Below, piece by piece: positions 27,456 to 41,630 of a DNA stretch of 64,000 nucleotides (its first letter is position 1; every line of letters starts with the position of its first letter). The translations under genes and the position numbers were made by a program. Origin of the DNA: Epiperipatus broadwayi. Taxonomy: Eukaryota > Animalia > Onychophora. Location: assembly GCA_028023455.1 (NCBI GenBank), contig JAQFVV010000003.1, forward strand, positions 18,910,001 to 18,974,000, read 5' to 3'. The notes under the pieces are model-generated. The model did not search any database. It was not told where the DNA came from and saw only the letters and a program-made list of their open reading frames with translations.

Positions 27456-30346
27456 TAGCTGATGTTGAGTAGTTTGACTACAAGATATAGTTGATTATTG
27501 TATGTATGTTGACTTTTTTCAAAGTATGCAAATCTCAAAAAACTTGTTTACTCTATATACTTTACCTATGCAATTGTAGAATGACTAACTTGAGAGCTGA
27601 AGGTCATTGTTCAGTTTGTTTGTCACTATCTATGCTTCAATGCCATGTGGCCTCCTGAGCAATAAACCATTTATTAGTAATAGACTTATTTTAAATTATA
27701 GTGTTTAATTAATCTTTGAAAATATGCATTGTTTTTTTTTTATTTTTAAAAAGGTAAAACAATTTATTGCCCTTAAAAAAAAATAGGGGAAATTTTTGGT
27801 TTATTACTATTAAATTTGTTTCTAAGGATTATTAAAGTAATTATAAATAGTTTATTTACTTTAGTAATAATGAATTATTCCTAAAAAGATTTAAAAAATT
27901 ATTTTTCTGCTTGAAATGTTAAAAATATTAGTTATTGTCAATTTTTAACAAAATTGTTTAATTGCAATTGTTACAAAAACTGCATTTATCTCTATCTGTC
28001 TGTATAAATTTATATATATTGTGAAATTGAACAAAATAACACAACTATGATATCTTTATTAATATGGTCTAAAGCAGTATTTTATTTGGGAATTGTTTGT
28101 ATTTTATAGGGAATGGAATTATGTAACAGGAATATTAAGTCATTTTTATAAAGAAAAACCTCTCTGAAAGATAGGTTAGGGCTAGGTACATCTTTTGCCA
28201 ATTGCTCAAGAATGGCTTAATAAGTTTTAGTGATATTTAAGTCAATTAATTGGGGAAGGTTTAGTAAATGTGTAACAATATATTCCTCAAACAAATATTT
28301 ATCAGCATGTTGTGTATGAATTGGAGCATTATTATCTTGAAAGCTATTCTTTAGAAACAAATGTTTCTACCAAGGAATGAAACTGGTATCCCAAATTCTT
28401 AAATATTCTGCAGTTAATGCAGGATACTGTTTGGATTACGAAAATAAAACATGACTTTCCCAATCATAATGATTTGATTACCATGTTTTATGTTAGCAGA
28501 AAGAAAACTGATACATTTCTTTTTGCTGAAAGCATTTAATGATGTGAAAAAATAAAATAACAGCACTTCTGTCTGTATGACACTTCCATTTATCCATAGT
28601 TTATTTTTAAGCTTATGTATAATTACTTTTGCTTCATATAATCATCAGAAATCAATGATTTTGAAATGTTAATTTTTGAGCCATACATGTTTGGTATGTG
28701 AAACTCATAATAGTTTGCTTTTAATAAACACTGGAATATTTAAATATGTATTGATCTCTGTGTGATTTATTTAATGTGATTTTCTGCTTTTTATCCTCAT
28801 TATTTGTAATGTCTATTAATCTCTCTTTGTAACCATTGATTTCTTAGTTCTAGATGATTTGATTTTCTGTCTTTAATGAAATCAGTTATTGCTCCTGAGG
28901 CTGTAAATTTTAAATTGCTGAATACCATACACTCTTTTGGAAAAAAATACTTTAACTGACTGAGCACCAATAATCCAATAATATCAATCCTTTTATTATT
29001 CAGACAGAGTTGACTGTCACAGTTTTTGATCTTTTTGATTATGACATTAACTTGACTATCATCTCATTAAAATTTTGTCTGTAAAAGAAAAAATGTTTCA
29101 TTGGTACTATTTTTGTTTCTCTCTTGCATGATATCAAAATATACTAATATGACTGGCTTGCAACTTTGCCCAATTATTGCATTTATTTTAAAAACTATTT
29201 ATTGGAGCAAACTATTATTTTAATAGTTTTTAAAGTATAATGTTGCTGACTGCTGTACATTTTATTACACACACACACATATATAATAAATTAATAACTG
29301 TGGTCTCGCAACATACCTGATATGAAAAATCTTTTTTTGCCACATTATTTAGTGTATGGTGAAGGGAAAAAAAAGTGCTTTTAATTCATTGCATTATATT
29401 TCATGTCATACATGTATAATATTTATATATGTGTATATTACTAAATACAATTAAGTTTTAATAAATAAATATTCTTGTCAAATATATTTTAATTTTTTAG
29501 TAATTATACCATATAATACTAAATCATCCATGCACTTTATTACTGTTACACAATTCTTTATTTACCACCCTCTTTTACAGTGTACAGTTTCGATTGCCCC
29601 AGCAATCTTCTTCAGAACTTTTATATCTCCTAACTTCAACTGCTTAATTCACATAAATAAAGCATTGTGTAACAGTAGTAAAATGCATGGATGATTTAGT
29701 ATTATATGGTATACATCTGGCAGTGCAATAAGAAAGAATAGTTATTATACTTCTTGAAGAAGGTCCATTATAGTGAGCATTTAAATCATATTGTATATTT
29801 TTAGAGACTGTTGTAAACAGGCAGATGTAATTGAAGTTTAGATATGTTAGGAAGATGTTACATTTAAAATTTTTTTTTATAAAAGAGTGACACAAAACTA
29901 ACTAAAAAAAAGATAATTTCTAATTATAAAAAACAACTTTTTAATCAAGTATTATATAGTTATCAAGAAAGATGTTTAAAATCTTGTGATTCTGTAATTC
30001 AACAGTTTTTTTTTTTTTTTTTGAAAGGTTAAGGTATCTGTTTATTGTCAAATGATAATGGTAATGAATATTAATGAAATCAGTAAAATACTTTCAGTTA
30101 ATTTTTTTTTAGTACTAAAGTACTGTTTGTACATAGTTATTTTTTTCATAATAATAGAGATCTTTTGGTGATAATTCAACAATCAATTTTATACATGAAT
30201 TTTGAGTATTGAATGCATATTATATTTAAATAAAATTGGTTTTAAATTGGGAAAGAAAGAATCTCTGCTGCACAATGGAGATTAAATGTTATCTTATGGA
30301 TTTATAAGTCAATTATTTTATATAGCGCGATGTTTTTTACAAACTT

Positions 30347-30765
30347 TAATATTTAAACAGCATTAAATTGTTGCACATGCGCTTTGGATTTTAACTATAA
30401 AATGAATGAATACTAACACTTCAATCACATGATAAAGTCTTTGGAAAAGATAGAATGGCCATTTATCTTTTCGAACCCAAACACTTTTGTATGGGCGAAT
30501 CTTAAGTGTTGAAAGTGAAAGCGTGAAGATATTAAATAATCACTTTAAATTACTTTTACATGCTTGAATGAATGACGCTGGTGAAATTTACTTTCACTTT
30601 CAAATACTTAAGATTCGCCCATACAAAAGCGTTTGAGTTCGAAAAGATAGATGGCCATTCTATCTTTTCCAAAGACTTTATCCTGTGGTTGAAGTGTTAG
30701 TATTCATCATTTTATAGTTAAAATCCAAAGCGCATGTGCAACAGTTTAATGCTGTTTAAATATTA
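30347..30765. mobile_element. Young foldback MITE with about 175-bp arms and a 69-bp spacer
   Basis: 30347-30521 is the near-perfect reverse complement of 30591-30765, and many CpGs are retained. Confidence 0.9.
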
Positions 30766-31631
30766 CACTTATGGATTTATGTAAAATTCTGTTTTGGTAC
30801 AGGTTACACATGCAATATTATTAATATTTTAATATTTTTAAAGTTTCCTATTCTTTCTGGGATTAATGCATTTATCAGATTAAGATGTGCAGTAATAATT
30901 TGATAAAATATCCCTCCTTCCCCATTATTGTAAACCTTTTATTTCTTTAAAATATGTGTATGCTATTAGAAATAAATATTAATAATTATCAATTTTATTA
31001 TATATTGTAACATGGACATCTCCACACTACCATGATCAGTCCGCACTTGTTTACAACTGTAACTGGCTTACTGGTCCAATCATGCACATGCTGAATATAT
31101 TGAAGGACATCATCAGTTTAAAACCTGTTGTTGATAATATTAACTCCATACAGTAATATTTTCTGCTCATCATATGGATATAAACTATTCTACCTAAGAT
31201 GACTATAATATTTATTAGTTCTGGTTGGTAATGTTACTAAAGATCCAGAATTGTATCACTAACAATCTAGGTTTAAACTTATACTCTTTGAAGAGATCCT
31301 GTTACCTCCAGATCAAACTTTTGGGTCTCGTGAAACTAACTGGTAAAATTGCACTACTTAGTATCTGGATGAAATGTGTAAATGAAAAATGAACATACAA
31401 GTAGTCTTTACATACTCTCAAACAATTAACATTTCTGTCCTTGATGAAGCGACATCAGCATCACTAGTAACAATACTACATTATCATTTCTTTTTTTAAG
31501 CAAATACATATACTAAAAATATATATATATTTTATTACCCAAATGCCATATCAAGCTTGAAATTATATACATGGAAAAAAATTTTTACAATCGTATTAGA
31601 AATAGATAATACACACATATATAAAAAAGAG

Positions 31632-32859
31632 TACTTACATCTTAGTCCTGTGACACGGAGCACGTACTAGACATGCTGCGCCTTTTCACATACATATTCA
31701 ACCTGCTAATAACTGTAAATCCAGGGGAAAATATCATGTACAAAAGATCGGTGTACACATTATTTTCATAAATTTTTTTGAAAATATCATGCACAAGATC
31801 AGCGTACAAATTATTTTGGTCAGATCACAAGATTACAAAGTTATCAGTGGATTGTTTCACACAAAAAATATTAATAATTTGGAGCATAATTTACAAAAAA
31901 AAACAAAAACAGAAATATATATGACATTTATATGAAAAAGTATAACAATACTCAATATATCAATTTCAGCAAAAAAAAAAAAAAATCACCGATCTTAAAA
32001 AATACATTTATACAACTTTTTATAGGAAAAAATTTAAAACATGGTGAGGATTATACATTTATAACAATACTAAATGATATTAAACAGGAATATATACATT
32101 TACACGAAAAAGTATTAAATTTATAACGATACTAAAGATATGAATTTCAGCAAAAAAAAATCACCGATCTTAAAAAGTACATTTATATGACTGTTTACAG
32201 GAAAAAATTTAAAACATAGTGAGGAATATACATTTATAACAATACTAAACGATATTAAACAGGAATATGTATGACATTTACAAGAAAAAGTGTAAAATTT
32301 ATAATAATACTAATGATATATAAATTTCAGCAAAAAAAGATCCACCAGTCTTAAAAAGTACCTTTATAAGGCTTTACAGCAAAAAATTTAAAACATGGTG
32401 AGGAATATATATTTATAACAATATTAAATGATATTAAACAGGAATATATACATTTACATGAAAAAGTATACAATTTATAAAGATATGAATTTCAGCAAAA
32501 AAAATACGATGCCATTATTGACAAAACAAGCTAAAGATATGAATTTCAGCAAAAAAAAAAAAATCACCGATCCAAAAAAAACATTTTTTTTACTTTCCAG
32601 ATTGGAGAAAAAAACACGTGAAAAAATGCAATGCAAGTGAAATCAAGCTGCTGTCAGAATGAAATCTTGACAAAAAAATGTGGGCAAACAAAAAAAATTG
32701 GTTTGGAAAAAAAAAAATCAGATCGGATAAAAAACACGTTTTGATACGAGATCAGATAACAACATAGCAGGGTTTACTTGGATTTATTTGACCTATCGTG
32801 GATGTGAAAAGGTGCAGCAGGTCTAATACATGCTGTGTCATAGAACTAGTATGTAAGTA
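31632..32859. mobile_element. Non-autonomous TIR element with an internal tandem array of about 180 bp
   Basis: TIRs of about 60 bp (tacttacat..tagt.ct.tgacac..gca.gta.tagac.tgctgc.ccttttcacat). Internal units restart at about 31962, 32143, 32323, 32488 and 32542. Confidence 0.82.
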
Positions 32860-35800
32860 TCTAAAAAAGTACAAAATATAAATTCACACCTTACTCTAAA
32901 GAAAACAATATTTAGAGCAAGTGGAGTGGATTAATATCGAGAAAAAATTGATACTCGTTAAAGAACAAGTGAGAAAAAAATATGTCTATAAATATAGTGA
33001 CAAAATAAATGATAATTATTACTTGAGATTTTATCCTTTTGTTCTATGGTTCTTTTTTTTGTCCTTTGTCAGCAAAATGTAGTTATTCCAAAAAAAAAAT
33101 AGCACATTTGTCTAGTGATAATTATTCTTGTGAAAACTTTTTTTTTTTTAACTTCCCATTTGTTTACGGAATTTACAAATAATTCTCATTCATGAGTTTA
33201 AAATAGGTTCTTAATCCGTTAGTTACTGCTATGCAGTTTATAATCACACAAATTTAACCCTGTGAGCTTTTAGAAAAATTGTGTTCGCCAATAACAAAAT
33301 GGACCATGGCATTTCATCAATAATCAGTCTGAATTTTGCTGATTATTTTTAGTAAATCTTTCTTCTTTCTTGGTAAGGCATACTTAAATATTCATGTATG
33401 ATAGAGCTGAATGGAGCAATCAAATTTTTTTTCCTTCATGCTAACTGAATAATTTCATTTTCTTCCATGGAGTGCCATGTAGCCCAGGATGGACCATAAG
33501 AGTTTTCTCCACAAGTTATCTTGTATATATCTGTAAAGTACAAAACTATTATATATTTTATTTTTTATACACTTCTAACTTTTAGAGTATATATACACAT
33601 TTCGATGGTTTTCATAAAATGTAAACTGATTGACAGAGCTAAATTTTTTTACCGACAGCCTTTTATAGATTATCAATTTAATTATTTCTCTCTATATTTA
33701 TTAATAAATAACATAATTAAATATCTACTTTAAGACCACTGTCAATATCTGCTTTTTAATAAATACAGGAAAGACTCATGATTACTAATAACAATTGGAA
33801 ATAGAAAAAGAGAAAATGAAAAAAATAATAAATATTATTTTTCCCTTTTTAGTACTATAACTTATTTTGAAATACCACATTTTTTAGTTAAAAATTCTCT
33901 ATTGCAGATTTGATAACTTTAAGAATTGTTTCTCTTCCTTTCTCTTTTTTCAAAACTAATTTTTACAGTCAGTTAACAAGCTTTGTTTTTTATTTGTACA
34001 GAAATATTTGAGAGATATGTGTTGAAACCAATAAGCACACACTGGAATAAAACATTTATTTATTGGGATTTTTAGAATTTAAAATACTATTAATTATTAG
34101 TGTTTCATAATTTAACCTTTTATTTACCAAAGTTTTAAAATGAAGATAACACCATTAATTGTTAACTTGTGTAATTTAACCCTTTATTTAATAAGGTTTT
34201 AGAATTAAATGCTATTAATTATTAGCTTTCATATTTTTCATTTACATCTATTACTTGATGTAGCTATGCATAGCTACAATATATATTGGATTTACATTTC
34301 ATGTCATTTACTTGTAGAGAGTAGTTCTCTTATGTTCTATTTTTAAAAAAATATATTATTCATTTGTTAACTTATTTAAGAGATTAGTTTTTTTTTTTTC
34401 TACTTTCATTTTTTCATAGAGATAAATTTAAATAAGTGACTAAAATTCTTAGTTTGAGAAAAGCAAATTAAGTAGAGTTTTTGGACAACTCTTTCATACA
34501 GACAAAATAGAAACTTGGCACTCACATTAATTAAGCTTATTAATTTTACAGATATGTATTAAATTGTATTTTTATTTTAAAATGTATTTACATTAATTTT
34601 TTCAATGTAAATAAATATACTCAAAAAATATTTAAGGTAAGCTTAAAATCTATGAAGTTAGCAATTTTTGCCTAGTGAACTTGCGGCTAAGTTTTTGCTT
34701 GCATTTATCCACATTACATTTCCTCTAGTTATTGCATACCAAAACTTTCATGTAATTTATTTACTATTCACAGTTTTTTTTTAATATGTATATTCAAAAT
34801 TAAGTAAAAAAATATTGTTTTTTAGTAAATTGTAACTTGTTGAAATAATAAACATTTTTATGATCCAGAAAATTTGAACCCCCTCCTTTTTCATTGAAAT
34901 TATTAACTTTTTGTTAACCATTTAATGAATACTGTATTGTACTTGTACTGCACATTTATTTATAAAAATTATTAACATAAAAATTTTAACTCTGCTTGTT
35001 TATAAATACATTAGATGGCCTTTTAGAAAACTTTTATTCTTATTAAGATTGTGGATTATAATATCAATAGCATAAAATATTGGAAAGAAAATCAAAGCAG
35101 TCATTACAAGATTTGAATCAAGATTTTGTCAGTGAAAAAGAGTAATGAATGAATATGAACTTGATTTGTTTTAGTTTTATTGTAAATATGAAGTTTGGAA
35201 ATAGTTTAGGCATTCAGTAGGAATAAACATTGAACTCATATTTTAGTCTTCATTTGAAAGCAAGAGATTCAGAAAAAAAAATGTTTAGAAAATCCAGTTT
35301 ATCTAATAAATTTTTTCTATATTGCTATGGAAAGGGAAGTGACAGAATTTGGTTAACTACTATATGGAGACATTTTGTTTTCTTTATTAAGCTGATCAGA
35401 ATACCTCATTTAATGTATGGACTGCTGCTGGAGATTGAATACATTCAAGCTTATTCAATTATACTTTTTTTTTTTTTTCTATTCACTTCAATTTGGAATT
35501 GATCTAAGAATCTTTTGTTGACCAATAGACCTTTTATAAATATAAAAGATAAAAGAATTCATATTTGGAAGACCATAACAGATTAGTTCAACTGCTGAGG
35601 TCTCCAAAACTCTTCAAGGTGATATATGAATCCATTATCTATTGCATTGTAGATGTAAAATTGTATTGTGTACATGATCTTTTTATCAATTTATGTGTGT
35701 GTTGCTTTTATTAATCATTATAATTGTATGTAAAATCTTTCATATTAATTTTATATTAGTGACTCATTAAATGTTTACTTTAATTTCTATTATAATTTGT

Positions 35801-38615
35801 AGTGTTGTTGACTAAATTTACTCATTTCCTTGAGCTAAATATTAACACCAGAATTGAGAGAAAGAGTGAAAGAAAGAAAAAATAGGATTTAACTAATATA
35901 GAAAAAGAAAAAAAGTTTCTGACCTAGATTTCTGACCCTGCTGCTTAGCAAGCATATCATCAAGCTTAAGGATATAATAATTGGTAAATAGGTTCTTCAG
36001 CTTGATTGCCAAGAGCTATTATTTTATACTTAAATATTCTTTTTGTTTCTGAATAAAAGTTTGAACTCTAATAAGAAATTTAACAGTTCAGTTTAAAAAT
36101 ACTTATTTAATGATAAAAAAAAAAAAAAATACTGTAATTTATAAGTAGTAACATTTAGAAATCATTTGCATCTAGATTTTGGTTTATAGTGACTTGAATA
36201 TAAATTACATATGTGTAAATCTGTGTGCATAGTTTATATATAACCATTTAGATGGTTTTGCAATTGTTTTAAACAAATTGCTTCAGTAATAAAGGATGTG
36301 TGAATTACATATTGTAATATTGATTTGACGATGGACCAGAAACAATAAACCAAATGATAATTGCATTTTGGTTTGTTTCAAATATATACACTATCCCACA
36401 TCTTATAGCAGAAGGCAAAATCATTGCCGTGCGCCAAGGTTTGCCGTGTATTAACAAAATCTTTACTCCGAGTTATTATTTATAATACCATAATGCTTTA
36501 TTTAAACACAAACTTCTACGGTACACTCTGCTTTTAAAACTAATTAAACTACAAAATTATATACATGAAAAAGTCTTTTTATTTGCTGTGTGTCGAAAAG
36601 TTCACACCTTTACGGATTTATCTGTTCATTGGTTTAATTATCTCATTATTTCAATTCGTCTGTTCCTCTGCATTTCTACCAATCAAATTGTACTCCTAAT
36701 TTCTCTGTGGTCTGGCTTGTTATCAATTTCTCTCGACGTAATCCTTTGTCTTCTATAATCCGTTTTATATTTTTATATTCCGCCATTTTAACAAACAAAA
36801 TATATGTTGTAATTTCACTTCTGAAATATTTCTTTTTCTTTTATCAAACACTTCAATCATGAGAAGAGATTGAGAAGGAATGGCTAAGAATAAATTATGA
36901 GAAGAATATATTTCAAATATAGAAATCACAAATATCATACTCCTCATCAAAGAGGGCTTTCAAGGAATATCAATATATATTCTTAGTATTTTTGCTTTGG
37001 CATGTGATGGGATATGAAGGAAGTGGAGAGGTCATCTTTTATGATGGCTGTTGCCATTTAAACTGTTTGATGTTAGGTTCCACTATTGACAGGGCCTTAT
37101 TTTGAAAAGTATGGGAAAAACTGAAAGTAACTGTCATATCAAATAAGTTTTTTTTATTTTTATTTATATGATTATATGCTCAATTAAAAATAATTCATTG
37201 TAGAATAATATATGCACATACATGCATGTTACTTATTATTAGTCTATTGCAAGATTGTCTCTCCTTGCTTAATCCAGTTATTTGATTCATCACATGATCA
37301 CCACCTCTTATGCCTGTTTTATTTGATTCATGTTTAATCTTTTTTTTTGAGATCCAGTTTTAGAATTCAATTGATCATCTATTGTCATTTCTTCTACAAT
37401 ATATTCAGGACATTTCTATTTCAGTTTCTTCCTTAATTTTTTTAATGATATTAATAATACTTGTTAGTTTTCTCATGTCTTTTAATCTTAGCTTACATCT
37501 ATCCATGTTTACTGTGTTGTCTCAAGTCTATAATATTATTTTTCTGTTAAATATCTGTTTTGGCCTATAAGTAGTAAGCATTGTGGAAATTTTTATTAAA
37601 AGCTTTTCTAAGCATATAAACATATTTCAAGTTTATATTTCTGTGAGGAATAATTTGGTCAAGATATTTGTATTTGTTAATTTGTATTTTTAATCATTAT
37701 TTCCTTCTTTTTTTTTTTTAAAAAAAAAAATTGAACATTATCTTTAGATTTTTAGTATTTATTTTTAGCTTTATTTTCTTGATTTTGTTTAGTAGTTTTT
37801 CTAACATTTCCTGAAATTCTGAAGCATTATTTGCTAAATAACATCTAAAAAGTCTAAATGATTTAAGTAAGCTCCATTATTTTTGCTCATTTTGCTTTTT
37901 ATTTTAGTTACAATATTGATCTTAGCACAGGGATAGTTTCAAGATAATAAACTTTTCTCAAATAATTTAAAGTGAAAAACTTCACTTTTGTTGTGAGCAA
38001 CATGCCATTCTCAAATTCAGCATTCTCCTTAGCATGTGTCATAGTATTTTAAGATTTTAATCACAACAAATACCTTTTTACATTTTACAATCCAGTGCAA
38101 AATTGCAGTTCATATTCATTGATCTTGTAATTGTATTTCAAGGAAAAAATTTCCATAGGGCCAACTTCATTTGAATTTTTTCAGGATATTTAATTACAAT
38201 AGTCCACTATATCTATAACATTTGATTCTGAATCTTAAAGCATATATTAAAATTTGCGGGGGACATTATATATACATACATAAATATGCATAATATATAT
38301 ATATTATAAGTGCATTATGAAATTAAAATTTAATAAGTTAAAAAAATGGTAATATAATTTTATTTAATATTTTTTAAGTTACAAATGACTAGAGCTATGG
38401 ATATAAAAATTACAGATGCATGGTGATTAGTATTATTTAGCTTAGAATGAAATGAAAGAAATCCACTCATTGTCTTGCAATTAACCAACATGCTGAATGT
38501 TGTTTTTTTTTTACTGTTTATGTATGAAGGATGCTGAAGAGCCTTGAAGTGAACTATTTCAGTATAGATGTTTTATCTATAATTGTAATAATAGATATTA
38601 TAGTGATGTATTTAC

Positions 38616-39146
38616 TTATGAAATATTGTGAAAGTCAACTACTCTTCACATGTACACTATAAAAATTGATACACTCCTGTCAATAAATGTTTTAAAAACA
38701 TAGGTGGGTCATATATGCTTAGAGTTTATTTTTTAAATAAACGTAACACTTGTTGACCATGCTTGAATTAAGAGCTTGATTCTATTGCTAGCCTGATTTT
38801 TAAATCTGTATATTACTTTCATATATACAGATTATATATCACAGAGAAAATAAAGGTTCTCATTTTTAATTACATGTGACACTGAATTTTATTAGTTGGT
38901 ATATTTGTAATAATTGATAATATAGCAATTTATACACTTACGAAATATTGTGGAAGTCAATTATTTTTCACATGCTAGCAATAAGGTTAAGTGTTTAATT
39001 CAAACATGGTTAGTAAGTGTTGGTTTTTCTAAAAAGTAACCTCTAAGCATAGGTGGACCAACTGCGCTTTTAAAACATTGACAGAAGAGTGTGTTATTTT
39101 TATAGAGAATGCACAAAGATTAGTTGACTTTCACAATATTTCATAA
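38616..39146. mobile_element. Older MITE with about 110-bp inverted arms
   Basis: ttatgaaatattgtgaaagtcaact..tgtcaat..gttttaaaa..tatgcttagag is mirrored at about 39035-39146. An extra partial arm lies near 38940. Confidence 0.7.
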
Positions 39147-39148
39147 AT

Positions 39149-41630
39149 ATCATCATCATCATTTTCAACCATTATTGATCCATTGCAGAATGAAGCACTC
39201 TACATCTTCTCTGATCTCTAGCCTCGTTTCTCCACATCACCCCAGCACACTTCCTTATTTTATCCATCCATCTCACTTGTGGTAGTGTTCTAGGTTTTTA
39301 TAATCAGATTTCAACTATCCATTTATTATCATTTTTCTAACAATATGTCCAGCCCAATTCCACTTCAGTCTTTTAGTTCTTTCAATGATGCAGTAACACT
39401 TCTTTGTTCTCTCACTCATGTATTTCATTTTCGAACTATTCTTGTTACTCCTAACATATATTGATCTATACTTCATCTAGTGGTCTGAAGTCTATATTAC
39501 ACTTCTGTTAAATGTATAAGCCTCAGATCCTTAAATAAAAACTGCTAACACACATTTTGATGTATTTCCTTTTAATATTAAATTATTTCTATTAAAAGCA
39601 CTCCAAGTTTAATTCTATGATTAATTTCATCCATTGCTTCCATCTGTAGTAATAATCTGATCAAGATATTTGTAATTGTTCATTTCTTCTAACTCATCAT
39701 TATCAATCTTTATTTTCTTTTCTGAAAATCCATTGAACATTACTTTAGTCTTTTTAATATTTACCATTTAATCATACTTTTTTACTTTCATCTGATAACT
39801 CTTGCAACATTTCCTGAAGTTCTAAACCATTTTTTGCAAAAACAACTACATCATCTGCAATATCTAGATGACAATAATCTTCATTTACCTTTATTCCTTT
39901 AGCTTCACAATTTAATCCACACCGCTGTAAAAAGTTTTGGAGATGCGGAATTACGCTGTCTTACATACATCTTTCTCAATGTTAATCTTTTTAATATCAT
40001 TATGTAATCTAATTGTTGCTGTTGCATTTTTATAAATATTCAGAATATGACAGTATCTAGTGTTATACCTTTATGATCCAATGATTAATCATTGAAAAAA
40101 TGCTTAAAGAATCAAATGTCCTTTAATCCAAAGCATAATGACAACTCATATTCATTGGCCCTTTCTATAACTTCTCTCAATACTAGGATATGATCCACTG
40201 TACTAAAATCACTCTTCATAAATTTAATTGCATGTCTCACTTCTTCATTTAAAATCCTGGGCAATTCAGAAGATATAGAAATTGTAAGAGATAATTTTCC
40301 TTGTTTATTGCTACATAATTCTTGATATAACTCTTCTACACATTTCATAATGTCATTTCTCTTTTTAATAATAGTTCCATTTTTTTATTTATTTCATAAA
40401 TGATCCCAACCAATACCAAGATATTGTTTTACACTTTTGAGACTTTTATTCTCTTCTAAAGCTTTACTTGTTAGTTCACAATTATACTTTCTTATATCAT
40501 TATCAATTCTTTTGCACCATTTTACAAAATTTGAGATACTCAATCATTTGTAATGCATTACTTTTATATATTTTATATTTCTTCTTTATTTTATTCATTG
40601 TCTTAGTAGAAATTTTACTAATCAATAGCTGCTGCTATGTAGCAGCTATCTCTGTTGCAGTTTTTAAAATTGTATCAGTTATCTTTTTATTGATTTTGTT
40701 CAAATCTGTATCATATCGAAAATCTGTTAATATTTGAAAACAATTTGCAAGTTCTAATTTAAATTTAGGAATATCAACTGTGAATATTGTTTTTCTTAAT
40801 AATTTTTGTCTCTCTAGTTTTGAATTAATATATATTTTACATCTCACTAATCAATGATCACTTCCTGTATTGAATTTATTAAAACATTACAATCTTGAAA
40901 TATGTATTTTCTATTAGTCAAAATGTAATACAATTCTGCTCATTTGAATGCTTTTATATCCATTTCTTTTTAACATTTTTCTCAAAAAGAGAATTCATAG
41001 TATCAAATACATGTTCTCTCTCATTTCTATCACTATAACCAAATTTATCTACAGTACTTTCATCATTTAATTATTTTTCAAATCTAGCATTAAGGTTTTT
41101 CATGACAATTTTAAAATGTTGTTTGATCTGATCAAAAGCCTTTTGTACATCCATACAAAAATCCTCTACTTCGTCATCACATTTGAAACTTGATGGGATA
41201 TAAACCTGAATTATTTGCATTTGATATCTGCTATTAAGTTGAATAACTAATCTTGCCACTGTGTCTGATTTACCATCAATCTCCATAATGTTTTCCCCCC
41301 CACTTTTTCTTTATAATGAATCCTACCTCACTAATACTTCCAATGTTTGTGCCTTTGTAGTACTGTTCATGTTCACTTTTTAAATCAATTGTCACTTTAC
41401 CTTTTCTTCTAATTTCACAAAATCCAATAATGTCCCATTTAATCTGAGACAATTCTTCCAATTCTTGAAATCTTTTTTTATTTGAAAGTGATGTGCAGTT
41501 ATAAGTACCTATATAAAATGTTATCATCAAGTGGCAACCTGATTCTGCAAGCAAGAGATTCTTAGTACTCTCAGTCTTTGGCTGCCAATCATTGCCTGTG
41601 CTGGTAACTTTATAGCCTCCTGGGATTAAG
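39149..41630 (-). mobile_element. Near full-length decayed RTE LINE, same family as 11455-12118
   Basis: APE endonuclease fragments (IGTYNCTSLS, WDIIGFCEIRR, IIQVYIPSS), an RT remnant (HLDIADDVV, YLDQII) and a (GAT)n tail. The 3' part aligns visibly with the 11.5-kb copy. Confidence 0.88.

Noticed and set aside
31900-32580. Repeat array as CRISPR
   Set aside because: The units are contiguous tandem copies without unique spacers, the context is eukaryotic and there are no cas genes.
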